This document shows, in pieces, positions 34,072-47,699 of a stretch of 64,000 nt of DNA. The position numbers and the translations under genes are program-made. The number at the start of each line of letters is the position of its first letter. Position 1 is the first letter of the stretch. The notes beneath the pieces were generated by a model. That model did not search any database, was not told where the DNA came from, and saw nothing but the letters and a program-made list of their open reading frames with translations. Source of the stretch: the human T2T-CHM13v2.0 reference genome, Homo sapiens; NCBI RefSeq assembly GCF_009914755.1, contig NC_060948.1; one strand, 5' to 3'.

Positions 34072-36884
34072 AGCTCCTTGCTCTCACCAGAAAGAATCAG
34101 AACTTTTAAAGTGTTCTTTATGCCAACTTAAATTTTTCATTTTTACTACCTCATGTTTTGGATGAGGCATGTATTTTTAAATTTATTTTCACCCTTATTG
34201 TACCTCTATGATAAACTGCTTGCTTACATTCATACCGTAATTATCTCTCAGGTTACTTGTCTGTTCCTAAAGATTCACTGAAACGAAGAATTCTATATAT
34301 GCTTGTATCTTTCAGCAACCGTATGTCAGATAGCACTGCACATTACTGCAGACATCGCATATACAGGTCCAAAGGTAGAGGAAGAAGAAGAAAGCAAGCG
34401 TTAAGCTCTATACATTCCTAAAAGCATATCAGAAACTCACAAATAACAGTGAAATCAAAGAATGATCACAGCCAATTCCATTACATACCTAGACTGAAAT
34501 ACGAAACTTCAAAGAAAAGAAACATTAGAACTTTGGGTTTGTAAAAATTTTCCTATATAGATAAAATTATTGGTAACTGTGTCTCACTAGAAAACGTAAA
34601 CAAAAGTCCATGTTTTTCATATTTGTAAATATACATAGTTTTATTTCCATCAGTTATGACATGCAAGCAAGTAATAAAGTGAAAGTACAATCAAATGATA
34701 TATGGAACTTCCTCAGTCTTAAAATATTCCATGGAGACTATCAATTTTATGAAAACTATAAAGAATGCTTCATGAAACTACATTGTACAGTGCCATTTAC
34801 TATTTTACTGACATTTTAAATAATCAACAATTAAAGGGAATACGTCAACATTATTTAATACCAATAACGTTATTTTTCTTGAGTAATCCTGTTGAAATTA
34901 AGGATTTTAAATAAAACATTAAAAACAAATTATATTGACTGATTTCAGCTTTGGATGAAATCATACTTGTGTATTTGTAGTAATGCGAAGCATAACTTTC
35001 TCCTCACAATTAATCTTTTATAACATCGGTGTTATAGTTTTCTCTGACACCAACATTGTGATATCGCACAGGTTTACTGCATGCATGCATTACATGCCTC
35101 CAGAGAGTAGGCTTCAAATATATGGAAAAATTATATTTATGAAAAAATTCTAGGAAAGGGAATGGTGAAATGGAAGAGAATTTCTCACTTGCTAACTGTT
35201 GGACATGGATTTGTATATATTTGGATATAGACACATACTGGCACACTGTGAGTTTGCCCATGTATATATACACTTATATGAGAAACCCATAATATATGGG
35301 TTGTGTAATCTTTTAATTAATCCATAATTGTATGTGTGTGAAATTAGATAAGCGGTTACCTTTTCTTTACTCAATTTGATGGAAAGCCAAAAAACTCTGT
35401 CCACCTTCATTTCAATTAATCCAATACTGTTAACTGCTGGTAGCTTCATTCTCCTTGTTCTCTTACGGCAACCGGAAAGTTAATTCTCGCTCTAATTTGG
35501 CTTTCAAGGTGCGATCAACAAGAGTGTCACCTTGCTGTGGATTGTGACCTCTGACTCCACCTCTGTCTTCCTTTTGCAGTCCTACCTTTGCATAGGTAAC
35601 AAACTTTGTACATGGTTAAAAGGATAAAAGTTCAGTGAAATGTCAAGCCATGCTGTGAAATGTTCCATAGTTTCTATATCTCTAATTGTCCTTTGATGTT
35701 ATAGAGGCAAGAAAAATAATTCAATGTTTTTCTTAGTATCTAGTCCAATGCACTCTTTCTTCATAATACTGCAAACAAGGCACTGACATGGAAACGTGGC
35801 TGGACGTCTCAAAATCTCTTCTCATTAATTACCATTATGTTAATCACTGTTGCCCACAACTGGAATTGGACTTTGAAATCCCCTGGTGGAAATTGCTATA
35901 ATGGCTCAAACTACTGGAAAGACTATCTTTTTTTTACCTGAAAATATCTGATGAGCATAGACGTATGCTATATACAGGAACATATTGTACATTAACAACA
36001 TACCATCACTGCCACTCAATAATAGGTATCCCAAACCTTTGAGCCAAACTGAGCTCGGGTGCTCCCACAAACCAAGCTTTTCCCTCCACAGATTTCTTAT
36101 GTCAAAAAGCCACAACTCCAGGCCAGGCTTCGTGGCTCTTGTTGTAATTTCTACATTTTGGGAGGCCGAGGTTGGTGGGTCACTTGAGGTCAGGAGTTGG
36201 AGACCAGCATGGGCAACATGGCAAAAAGCTGTCTCTACCAAAAATACAAAAATTAGCCAGACCTAGTGGCACTTTCCTGTGGTCCCAGCTACTTGGGAGG
36301 CTGAGGCAGGAGAACCACCTGAACATGGGTGGCAGAGATTGTATAGTAAGCCAAGATCAGACTACTGCACTCCAGCCTGGATGACACAGCGAGACCATGA
36401 CTGAAAAAAGAAAAAAAAAAAATAAAGGCAACTCCACTCGTCCACTGGCTTAGGTAAAAAGTACTGGAGTTGGCTGGGCTCGGTGGCTCACACCTGTATT
36501 CCCAGCACTTTGGATTTTGGGAAGCTGAGTCGGGCGGGTCACCTGAGATCTGTAGTAGGAGAGCAGCCTGGCCAACATGGTGAAGCCTGGCTTCTACTAA
36601 AAATACAAAACATTAGCTGAGCGTGGTGATGCATGCTTGTAATCCCAGCTACTGCAGAGGCTGAACCTGGGAGGCGGAGGATGTGTTGAGCTGAGATCCT
36701 GCCACTGCGCTCCAGCCTGGTCTACAGAGCGAGAGTACCCTGTGAGAAACAAAGGTGAAGAGAACAAGAAAAAAAAAATGAGAAAAATAAGACCCACTGC
36801 AAAAGGTTGCCACAGAAAAGATTAAACATTTCAGCAACTTCTATCTTCTGTCATGGAAGCCAAGGTTATTTGGACCAAACCTCC

Positions 36885-37237
36885 TGTCTTAGTTCATTTT
36901 CACGCTGCTGAAGAAGACATACCTGAAACTGGGAATAAAAGGAGGTTTAATTGGACTGACAGTTCCACATGGCTGTGGAGGCCTCAGAATCATGGTATAC
37001 GAATAAAGGCACTTCTTACATGGCAATGCCAAGAGAGAATGAGGAAGAACCTGAGGCAGAAACCCCTGAAAAACCCATCAGATCCCGTGAGACTTCTTCA
37101 CTGTCACAAGAATAGCATGAGAAAGACCGACCCCCATGATTCAATTACCTCCCCCTGGGTCCCACCCGCAACACGAGGGAATTCTGGGAGATACAATTGA
37201 AGCTGAGATTTGAATGGAGACACACCAAACCATGTCA
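36885..37237 (-). mobile_element. MaLR solo LTR (THE1C-like), copy 2
   Basis: Copy of 16579-16931. Confidence 0.9.
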
Positions 37238-40200
37238 CTTCCCAAACAATTAAAAATTCCCAATAGAAGAAGCATTAATTATATCAAAAAGTGGTGGACC
37301 AAGAAGGAACTATTAGCCTCATATCTCAAGAAAGACTCCAGTCAAGGCCTAGGGACTACTCATGAAAAGAGTTTAATAGCCGACTCTCTCCCAGTGGATC
37401 TGGATTCCACCGGACTGTATCTTCACAGTAAGGGTGAAACAGAAGCAAACCCATTCCTATTTCCAAGCTCAAGGAACTTTGGTCAAAGTTCTCTTGGAGC
37501 TGAGCAGAACAAGGAGGCAAACAGAAAAGATTTGTGTCCCTGAGAAGTCATGGCCACAGGCTGGCTATCACACAGATTGTCAAGCCAGTTCCATATTGCA
37601 TGGGTATTACAGAAAATCTCAAAACATAAATTTGTGTGTGGGTTGTCCCAGAGTAGCAGGATCTGGCAGAAGGAAATTTCCTTCTAACCCTCAAAGAATC
37701 CACATAAATCTTGTTACATTTGGGATTTTACGATTTGCTTCAGGAATGAGAATGGCCTTAATTTTCATATCTTTTTCTACACTCAGTTTATGGCTTGTTG
37801 GCGTCAAAGTTCTGCTTGCTTCACACAATGAGTTTAGGATTTTCCCTTTTTTATTCTATAGAATTCTTCATATATATTGAAATGCTCTGCCTGGGGAAAA
37901 AAATCTGAGCCTAGCGTTTTATCTCTAGGAAGAATCCTTTATTTCCTTGAACATTTATGAGACTATACAGATTATATATGTCTTCTTGTATCAATTTTAC
38001 TAAGCTATATACATAGCTTATGTTTATATATTATATATATAAATGTAAGATACAAATATAAAAATTATGTATAAATATGAAAATATATATAGAAAGCGAT
38101 ATATATGTCTATATATATAGACAGATTATAAATATCTGTCTATTTGATCTAAGTTTTCAAATTTGTAGGTTAAGGTGTTAACGATATTTCCTTATTAGCT
38201 TCTTAATCTATGCTGTATCTATGGTTGTGTACCTTTTAAATTCTTAGTTTTATCTATGTTTTCTCCCTTTTTTTCTAAACTTGACTGACGGTTGCATCAT
38301 TTATTATATTTCTCCAACAAGCAAAGGTTAGCTTTGTATGTTTTACTAATTTTGTCTACATCATTATTCCCACACTTTAGTTTTTCAGAATTGATTCTGT
38401 TGTTTCTTTTCTAATTCTTTATTGAAATATCTAGTACATTAATTTTCAAGTTATTAGAGAAATATTTGTCTGTAAACTCCTATTGTAATATCACTTTTCT
38501 TGCTACTCACAGATTTAATCTTTAATATTGGCGGTATCATTGAGTTCTAAGTACATTTCAATTCCTAGTATGATAATCTATGAATTGCTGAGAAATAGTG
38601 TTTACAATTTTGTTGTTCTATTTCCACTTAAGTTTATTTTTACTTCTGCTAACTCAATTGAAAATTCTTTACTAATTTTTAAAATCCTTGAACCCAAGAG
38701 ATGGAGGTTGCAGTGAGCTGAGATCAGGCCACTGCATTCCAGACTGAGTGACAGAGTGGAACGAGATTTCAAAACAAAACAAAACAAAACAAAACAAAAC
38801 AGTCACTGGAAAGATAATAAAATACATAAATGTGGGATGTAATATGTAATCGTGATAAAATAAACTGGATTTTTTGTATAAGTTATACATATAAATGTAA
38901 TGCCAAGACACTGATAAGACAACTCATGGTCTTATCTCAATACTTAGTGTCTTCATGTAACATATGTCCTTTAGGATAGTTATAGTCCGTTTTCTTTCCA
39001 GGAGAGACAGATGAGAATGCAGAAATGTTAAAGTGCAAGGGACGGAAGCTTCCAGCTGTGCCCACCTGTAACCTGACGTAGACAGTTCCACCGTTTGCTT
39101 CATTAATCATGCCAAAGGCTCTAATGCAAATGTGGTACAGAGTCACATGTTTTTGTATCTACATGATAGAAACTATAACTTCATCCCTATATAGAAGGGT
39201 ATATAGCATATGCCTCAGTGATAAATATAAGTGAATCATTGATCAGTAGGAAACCATTTTAAAAGTCTTTCATAACAGAACAAAATCCCTGAAAACATTT
39301 TCTTCTCAATCTCTGAGTTTTCTTACACGGCTTATGAATCTCTAGCCATACTAAAGAGATAGTATGCTGCTCTTCCCACAAATTATTCATTGTATATAAT
39401 TCCTGTAATCTAATAACAGTACCTTTACACCTCAGGGTTTAAAATGACTCCAACCTTTTTCTGTTTCTCCAATTAAAATAACTTTTTTAAGGTTTAATCT
39501 TCAGTAATTTTTTGTAGTAATATTTTTGAAGGTATTTGACCAGGATGATTTGCTTATATACCTACCTGACGTCTCCCTTTCTTCTGAATACATATTTTAT
39601 TACCCACCTATTAGATCTAAGTTTAAGAAGTTGGAATAGGGATTTAAATCTAAATTCTACATTTGAATTTACAGGAGTCAGCGAGTCCGGGAAGTGCCTT
39701 TATGCACAGACCAATATCTGGCAATGGCACTAGGAGACAAATAAGCTTTACCAGTCTCAAAGCCCTGGCTACTACAGTGAATCCACCCTTCTCCTGGATC
39801 TTATCTACTTCAGCAAAAGAAGGCCACCCACTAAACCAGGCCCTTGTACTTTGGGTGGAAACTCCTAAGTCCTCTAGTCTCCTCAAACAGACAGCCAGGC
39901 TGCCAATTTCCACAATAATAATTTCTATAGCACTGAGTCTTTGGTAGCCTTGTAACTATAGCTACTGATGCTACAGTCTGGTCCCTGTATGATAAAACAC
40001 CAGAGCAACAGAAACAAAAATATTGACTGAAGCCTTCTAAAATCTCTCTAAATATACCTTCAATAAATATGGTTTTTTTTACAGAACGACTGCTTTCAGC
40101 TTCCTGAACTAACGCTTGGCCTTCGCTAGTTGTCACTGTTGAAATTGATTCAAAAGTGTACATTTAACATGAAAGTCAACACAGAATTTCATGTGTCAGC

Positions 40201-40459
40201 AACTAAAATTTTCAAAATGTTGCAAAATACAAATGTGAAACTGTATTTGTGAAATTTACCATTCATTGAAATTATATTTTCATACCTACCCAGGCACAGA
40301 ATTTTTTATAACTGTCTGCATGTTCTCCTCATGTGGGGGAAAAGCAGCATCAGCAGGCAGAGGAATCCTTTGAAGCTGGAGGGAGAGGTTGCAGTGATCT
40401 GAGAGTTTGCCACTTGACTGCAGCCTGGATGACACAGTGAGACTCCAACTGAAAAGAAA

Positions 40460-40500
<41 letters not shown>

Positions 40501-40565
40501 CCAAAATTGATAAGTAAAAAAAAAATCCATATTCGAAAACATGCTCACAGGCTAACTCCCATATC

Positions 40566-40612
<47 letters not shown>

Positions 40613-41742
40613 TCCTTGAAAACGAAAGTTCCACAAGGGCAAAACAAGAAAACAAATTTAACACCCCCCAAAGAAAGTACAAAGAGTAACCTCAAAAGAA
40701 CTGCAGGGGAAAACAATTCAAAATTTACAAGTATCTACCCTAAAAGAAGCTGAAAGTCCCTCAAAAACTTTCCAGAGGCCATGTCCTTGTATTACAAAAA
40801 TGATCATAAAAACTGGCAGGAGTAGACGAATAGAAATGCATCTTAAAACTTGCTAAACCCTTCAAGTCTCCCATAAGAATTGTAATGGAAAATGGATCGG
40901 TCGGCAGCTTTTTCCATACAATTATGAACAAATTATATTTCTTCATACATAGATTTGTTTTTTCAATATTCTAAGGAATTAACTTTTATATTAATAGTAG
41001 GTGATGTAAGAAAGCAGGCCTTTATCAAGATAACTGACACTGGATGTCCATACCATTACTCAGGTGGGCCTTAATTCCCAGCCGGGTTCCCTCCCTGGAC
41101 ACACACTGAAGGTCCCCAGCCATTTGGCAATCTCTTCACATTCCCAGCCCTGGAGGTAGCCCTAAAATACATGTACCTGAAGAAAATAAAACATTGCCTC
41201 ACACTGGAGCCCAGTGTGGTCCTCCAGATTCCGTGTGAGGTGGACTAACTTATATGGGAAGGCAGGGCAGTGGGAGTGAGGATGGCAGAGAGGATTACAC
41301 ATGTCAAGGCAGCCGGGGTCATGGAAACAAAACATGACTGGCCTGGGAGAAACACTGTGAAAGGACATACACCTAGGTGGGCCTCAGGTGGACATCCTCG
41401 TGGAGAAAAAGGGGACCCTGGTTGATCTCAAAATGAGCCCCAGGTGGTAGCAGGTCTTACCGCAGGGCAGGGAGCTGGCGAGTAATGATGAGACAGCTAT
41501 CCCTTAAGCCCTGCTTGTCACCCACTGACTTTAGCCACATATGCATCATAGTGGCTTAAGGTGCCCCGATCCTGAAATGTGGGTGTTACATGTCCCTGAT
41601 GGGCCTCTCTCCCCCAACCCACGGATTGCCTGGGATTGCTCACTGCAGTCTCCTCCCGGATCCTTGGGTTCTCCATGTGGGGCCCAGATCCAGGTCAAAA
41701 GGCCTCTCAGTTCCCAGCCCTTCCCAGCCCTAGGCTGCTCGC

Positions 41743-43945
41743 CTGGCCTCCTCTCTGTTCCGCCTCTAGGGCTGACCCTCTCTCCATGGGATAGAACTGC
41801 AATGGATTGAGCCATAGGCCCTGGCTGATGATCTAGGGGACTGCAGAAGTGGGTCCAGGACAGTTCAGGTGACAGTTCAAAGCCAATTCCCCAGAGACCA
41901 AGGAATGACCAGCTAGGTCCTTTCCCATGATGCCCCACGGCGAACCCCACCTCAGCAATCCTGCCAAAACCCGGGCAGTCATGTTCAGCCAAACAGCTGA
42001 ATGAGCTCAGGTAGGAGGTGTACTGCCTGCAGCTGGAGGCTTGACCTTCGTGATCCCAGAACCGCTGGACTGCAGTGGAATGAGACACCCTGTAGCCTGC
42101 AGGGAGAGGAGTCAGGAAGGTTCATGCCAGTCCCACCCTCCCACACACCAGCTCCCCTACCATGCTGGGAGGCATTCCTTACCGAGGATGCCAACACAGT
42201 GCTCCTTCATGATGATTTCACTGTGGAAATAAAGGTTGGGATGAAAGGAAATCATCCTGCCACCGGTAACCGGGATGGCTGAGTTCCTCCACCTGCCGGA
42301 TCAAGGAGAAAGAGGATGGATTCAATGGGACCATCTCAACTAGCCGGGCTGAGGTGGCCTACTAGCTGTAGTGAACCATGAGTTTCCCCTTCCCAGCTCT
42401 CCCACTGAGACAACCCTGGTCCCCAGGGGGACCTCAAACTGACTCAGACACTGGACTCCTCCCACAGACCCAGGCTCCCCAGCCTGACCTGCAAATCCAT
42501 CACGTAGCAAAGCAGGACTTCCGCATGCTTTCCGACCCACGCCGACATCTCGTGTGCCAAACAATCTACCTCTGCGCAAGAACTCTCCAGAGGATTGGGT
42601 GGGCAAGCCTCGTGACGCCTTGCAATTTCGCAAGAACACAGACAATGTGGAACAGGGCCATCTCCCAGACATTTGGCCAGTCACCCTTCATTGTTGGCCC
42701 TCTATCTCTGTCTGGCGAGGAGGCAACGCCACAACTGTGGTGGTTTTTGGAGTGGGTGGACCCCGGCCAAGACGGCCTGGGCTGACCAGAGACGGGAGGC
42801 AGAAAAAGTGGGCAGGTGGTTGCAGCTGAGGGACGGGAGGGGCCGGGGGTGGTGTGAGGCGGCTGCTTCTCTGAGTTTCTGAGATGCAGGAGGCCTTTGT
42901 GTGCTGGGTGCTGGACATGCTCCGCTGATGTCCGGGTGTGTGGTGTCCTCTTATCCTAGTCTCCCTGAGGGGTGGGCCTGTCCACCTGAGGGAAGCCTTG
43001 TAGTTAGAAGCCACAGCAGGGTCGTGCCTGGCGCTCTCCAAGGGAATTGCGTGGGTCCAGAGGAAGTTATACAGGCTCAGGGCCTACACGCCTTTGAGTG
43101 CAGCGCCTGCAGTTGGATGAATGCGCATCTGCGGAGCTGGTGCCCGCCGTCAGGTGGTCGGCAGCCCCATGCGCCGCGAACCCGTCTTAAGCACCTTGCG
43201 TTTCTGGGGTGAGCCTGCTGGAAACAGGCACCGAGAGCAGGGGTGGTTCAATGGCTGGTAATGGCATACAGATTCCCCGTCCTCCAGGGACGTTCCCAGG
43301 GAAACGCGTCCTTCGAATTTGGGCTGTGCGCAAAGGGACCTTGGCGCCGCGATTCTCCCTTGTCAGTGCTGGCCCTGGCTCCCCTTCCCTACCACGTGCT
43401 CCCAGGGCTGCTACAAGAGAGCTGCCCTCACAGCTGCGGGAACGTGGCCTCGGCTCCCACGCTGTCCCCCATCCCCTGCCTCCTGGCTGACCCCACGTGC
43501 CTCCCACCTGGCTCCTCCCCGCAAACAGCCCCCATACCCCCCGAGGCCCGATGACTATCCCCTGCTGCCCGCCATCCCAAATCGGCAGCCGCAAGGATAT
43601 GGCTCTGGCTCACAAGGCGGAGATGCTCTGTGGCCTGGGGCATTCACGGAGCCCAGCTCCAAGTGAAGGACCTCCAGCGAGTCCATTGACGGCCCCGGTG
43701 TGCTCGGTCCAGGGCCAGGCTGTGCCCGCTGGCCCTCCTTCTGCCACCCCACGTCGGGCTCCACCTCAACCACCACCTCCACCTCAGCCATGATGTCTTC
43801 CACCTTCAGCACCGCCTCCTCTTCCAAGGCCGCCTCCTTGCTCTGTACCCCGGCCGTCCTCTCCAGCATTGCCTCCAGCCTGAACACGGTTTTCTCCTGG
43901 GTGCTCCCACAGACCCTGGGCCTGCGCAGCCCAGCCCAGCCCAGC
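41743..43945 (-). pseudogene. FAM197Y: Head-to-head degenerate TSPY paralogue (FAM197Y), copy 3
   Basis: Copy of 1138-3340 at offset 40,605. Confidence 0.85.
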
Positions 43946-44942
43946 CCATGCCCCGCACCCGTAGGCTCTGGGGGCCCGCTCCCCAGCAGACCCGCTCCCT
44001 GCAAGACCCACGGGCGTCGCCCTGCTGTGAACCTGGTCCCACACCTACGTGGACCCAGGTTTCCTGAGGAGCTCCGCTGGACCCGCAGATCCCGCACTGG
44101 CCAAAGGGCTCCGGTCCCCAGCAGGCTCAACTGCGCACAGGAGCTCGGGAGCCAGAGGCCCCGGCCCTGGGCTTGCAGAGCCCCACCAACAGGCACCGCA
44201 ACCGCTGCTGCGGGTGCGGGAGCCTCTGGGTCGTCAAGGCAGCGCACAACAGCGTGCGCGCAGGCCGACAATGGCCAACCCTGGCGGCTGGCCTCTGGTG
44301 TGCCCAGGGCATAGGACAAGAGGCCCTTTGGAATGCTCCTTGGAGTACAGCATCCTCAGGGAGGAAGCATGGTACTCGGAGCCTCTATTTGCCTCGACCT
44401 GTGAGAGTGTGTGCCGGGGCTCTGGCCTCTACAGCAGATCAATTCCACCTCAGCACCGGCAGGCGACTTTCCTCCCACGTGCCCGCCCCGATCACTTCCC
44501 CCAGGACACCCCTGCCGCCCTAGCCCCAGCAACCAGAGAGAGTTCTCTGCATCTGCTGTATTACCTCCGTACCATCTACCTGGCCTGCCTAACGAAGAGA
44601 GATGTTTCCTGTGTTCATGACACATAGAGATGTTCATGGCTTGCCACACTGAGGATGTCAGGGCACAGGGCTGCCATGCCCACAATTCCAAAGGCCACGC
44701 AGCCCGCGTGTGCCCGGATGCCTAGCTACCCGGCACAAGCTCCAAGGGCTTCTCGGAGGAGGCTTGGGCAGGGAAGGCGGGGGTTGGGGGGGCTGGAGAT
44801 GCAGGCCCGCCAGTGGCTGTGCCGCCCAGGGAGACGCCCACCGCCCTCCCATTGACTGGCCACGACGGGAGGAAGTCGGCCTGGGTGCGGCCCCCCGGCC
44901 CTTCGCGCGCAGTCCCTTAGGGGGCGCCTGGAAGCCCGGCGC

Positions 44943-47523
44943 ATGCGCCCTGAGGGCTCGCTGACCTACCGGGTGCCAGAGAGGCTGCGGCAGGGTTTCT
45001 GTGGCGTGGGTCGGGCAGCACAGGCCTTGGTGTGTGCGAGTGCCAAGGAGGGCACCGCCTTCAGGATGGAGGCTGTACAGGAGGGGGCGGCCGGGGTGGA
45101 GAGTGAGCAGGCGGCTTTGGGGGAGGAGGCGGTGCTGCTGTTGGATGACATAATGGCGGAGGTGGAGGTGGTGGCGGAGGTGGAGGTGGTGGCGGAGGAG
45201 GAGGGCCTCGTGGAGCGGCGGGAGGAGGCCCAGCGGGCACAGCAGGCTGTGCCTGGCCCTGGGCCCATGACCCCAGAGTCTGCACTGGAGGAGCTGCTGG
45301 CCGTTCAGGTGGAGCTGGAGCCGGTTAATGCCCAAGCCAGGAAGGCCTTTTCTCGGCAGCGGGAAAAGATGGAGCGGAGGCGCAAGCCCCACCTAGACCG
45401 CAGAGGCGCCGTCATCCAGAGCGTCCCTGGCTTCTGGGCCAATGTTGTATCCTTCTCAGTGTTTCTTCGGCCTTTCTAGTGGAGAGGTGCTCTCGGGGAA
45501 GTGTAAGTGACCGATGGGCAGCTCGGCGTCGATGTGACTCTTTGGGGAACAAAGGGGAGTTGCCACGGACCAATGTGGCTGTGGAAAGCCGGAGCAGGCG
45601 TGGGTACTATTGTCCTGCATGCGGCAGAGAAACCCTTGGTGATGCCGAGCAGCAGACGTTTGGGGCATCTTTTTGAAGAGCAGAAGCGAGTTCAGAGCGG
45701 AAGAGGTTTTTCAGTGAATGAAGCTATTTTTAAGGGAGTGTGATTGCTGCCCCTTGCTAGTCCGATCTGGGACTGGGCGTCTTCGGCTATAAGCAGATTC
45801 TGCCACTCCTCAGACACCAGCAAGTCTCTGCAAATCGCGCCTCCCCATGTCAGTGCAGTCAGCCTCAGAATCATACACCCTCTGTGAACACAGGAGGCCT
45901 TAGTTTACGGGGAGGGGGAGGCGAAAGGAGATCATACATGGAAGCAGATCTGAGAAATCCCCTACCCCAGCCTCTGGGTGCTCTTAGGCCTTCTTCCCTG
46001 TTGCTCCTCGCTTTCCCTTCCATCGTGTGTAAAGTCTCTTTGACCTAAATCAGATTGCAAACCACCCCCAGATGTCAGCCCTGATCACTGACGAAGATGA
46101 AGACATGCTGAGCTACATGGTCAGCCTGGAGGTGAGGCCAGGAAGACTGGGGCTAGAGGGTTTAGCGGGGGAGGGTAAGGGAAATAATTCATTCCTGTAA
46201 GCAAGAGTGAGCACCTCACCCGAAAACCTATCTAAGCTTTCTCCACCTTGTCCTGACAGGTGGAAGAAGAGAAGCATCCTGTTCATCTCTGCAAGATCAT
46301 GTTGTTCTTTCGGAGTAACCCCTACTTCCAGAATAAAGTGATTACCAAGGAATATCTGGTGAACATCACAGGTGACAGGTGGCTCCCAGGATGGGTAGTG
46401 GAAGGAAGATGGTGGGTGGATCATTGCCAACGGGATCCAGCCCCCTTCCCACAAAAACTCCTGTCTCTGTAGAATACAGGGCTTCTCATTCCACTCCAAT
46501 TGAGTGGTATCCGGATTATGAAGTGGAGGCCTATCGCCGCAGACACCACAACAGCAGCCTTAACTTCTTCAACTGGTTCTCTGACCACAACTTCGCAGGA
46601 TCTAACAAGATTGCTGAGGTGAGTCCTCACTGGGAAACATGAGGAATGACCCCGTGTGTTCCCAGCTGCTTGGGTCACCTTTCTGAGCCCTGATGAGGCC
46701 TTTCCCGATTGAGTCCCCTGACAGATCCTATGTAAGGACCTGTGGCGCAATCCCCTGCAATACTACAAGAGGATGAAGCCACCTGAAGAGGGAACAGAGA
46801 CGTCAGGTGAGCCGTTAGTTGGCACTGGAGCTGTTTGATGCCCAGTATAAGGGGGTTGACACACCTGCCTATTCAGGGAGCCTGGGTGCTCATTTCAGAA
46901 ATGTAGAAATTGAGGCTCCTTTCGTACATGTAGAAATTCCTTGAGAGGAAGACAGAGAGTGACAGAATCCAGGACGTTCATGGCATTGGGCTGAAAAGGC
47001 ACGTTAGAGACTGCACTGCAAAGCGGGTGATAGCTGTGGAGTCTTAAGCCCAGTGAAGAATCGTCCATTTCCAGAATCAATGAGAAGTAAAGCTGAAAAT
47101 CATTCAGTTCAGTCTGTGGCACTTGATTCCACGGCTGTCAACCCCACCGGCAGTCATCCCACCAACCCCATGAGATTGGGCTCCCTGAATGTGCGTCCTG
47201 GTCATCCTTGCCCCAAACCACAAAGGACTGTTTAGATTGATGGATTTCCTTAAGCTGTTGCCCCATCAGACTTGTGTGTGCTTTTAGGGCCCAGTGCATC
47301 TTGTTAGCTGACTCCCCTCACAGACAATACTGGGAATGGGGCAGGGATTGCGCAGAACAGTTTGTAACACGTGGTAGGAGGAAGTTTAAGGGATCACAAA
47401 TGGGGAAGGGATATCCTTTTCTCAGCGGGCCCCACAATTGAAACATTTCAAAGTATGGCTCAGAGAAAATGCGTTTTAACATGAGTTTGTGTTTCTCTAG
47501 GGGACTCCCAGTTGTTGAGTTGA
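44943..47523 (+). CDS. TSPY: Testis-specific Y-encoded protein, 314 aa form (AEVEVV duplication), copy 3
   Basis: Exons 44943-45446, 46054-46131, 46260-46371, 46473-46618, 46725-46806, 47501-47523. An 18-bp in-frame duplication lies in exon 1. Confidence 0.97.
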
Positions 47524-47693
47524 ATATGATGGAGCATCAGATTTTACCTAATACAGCAGAACTCCTAAAAAGTTACAGCCATATGCAGGACGGCAGTACT
47601 CAGCATGGTCTTATGCACAGGAACTAAAGGAAAAAGAGATCGAGTCACAAAAATTCAGGAAGAGGGGGTAAATGTGGATTGTATGGAATGAAA

Positions 47694-47699
47694 AATAAA
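47694..47699 (+). terminator. TSPY polyadenylation signal, copy 3
   Basis: AATAAA followed by a GT-rich tract. Confidence 0.85.

Larger units (their letters stand above)
20300..40605 (+). repeat. TSPY/DYZ5 tandem repeat unit 2 (20,306 bp)
   Basis: Near-identical to unit 1, differing by SNVs and microsatellite indels. Confidence 0.98.

Noticed and set aside
4338-47523. Assigning specific paralogue names (TSPY1/3/4/8/10) to the three genes
   Set aside because: The copies differ by a few bases and are mosaic, so naming requires alignment to a reference.
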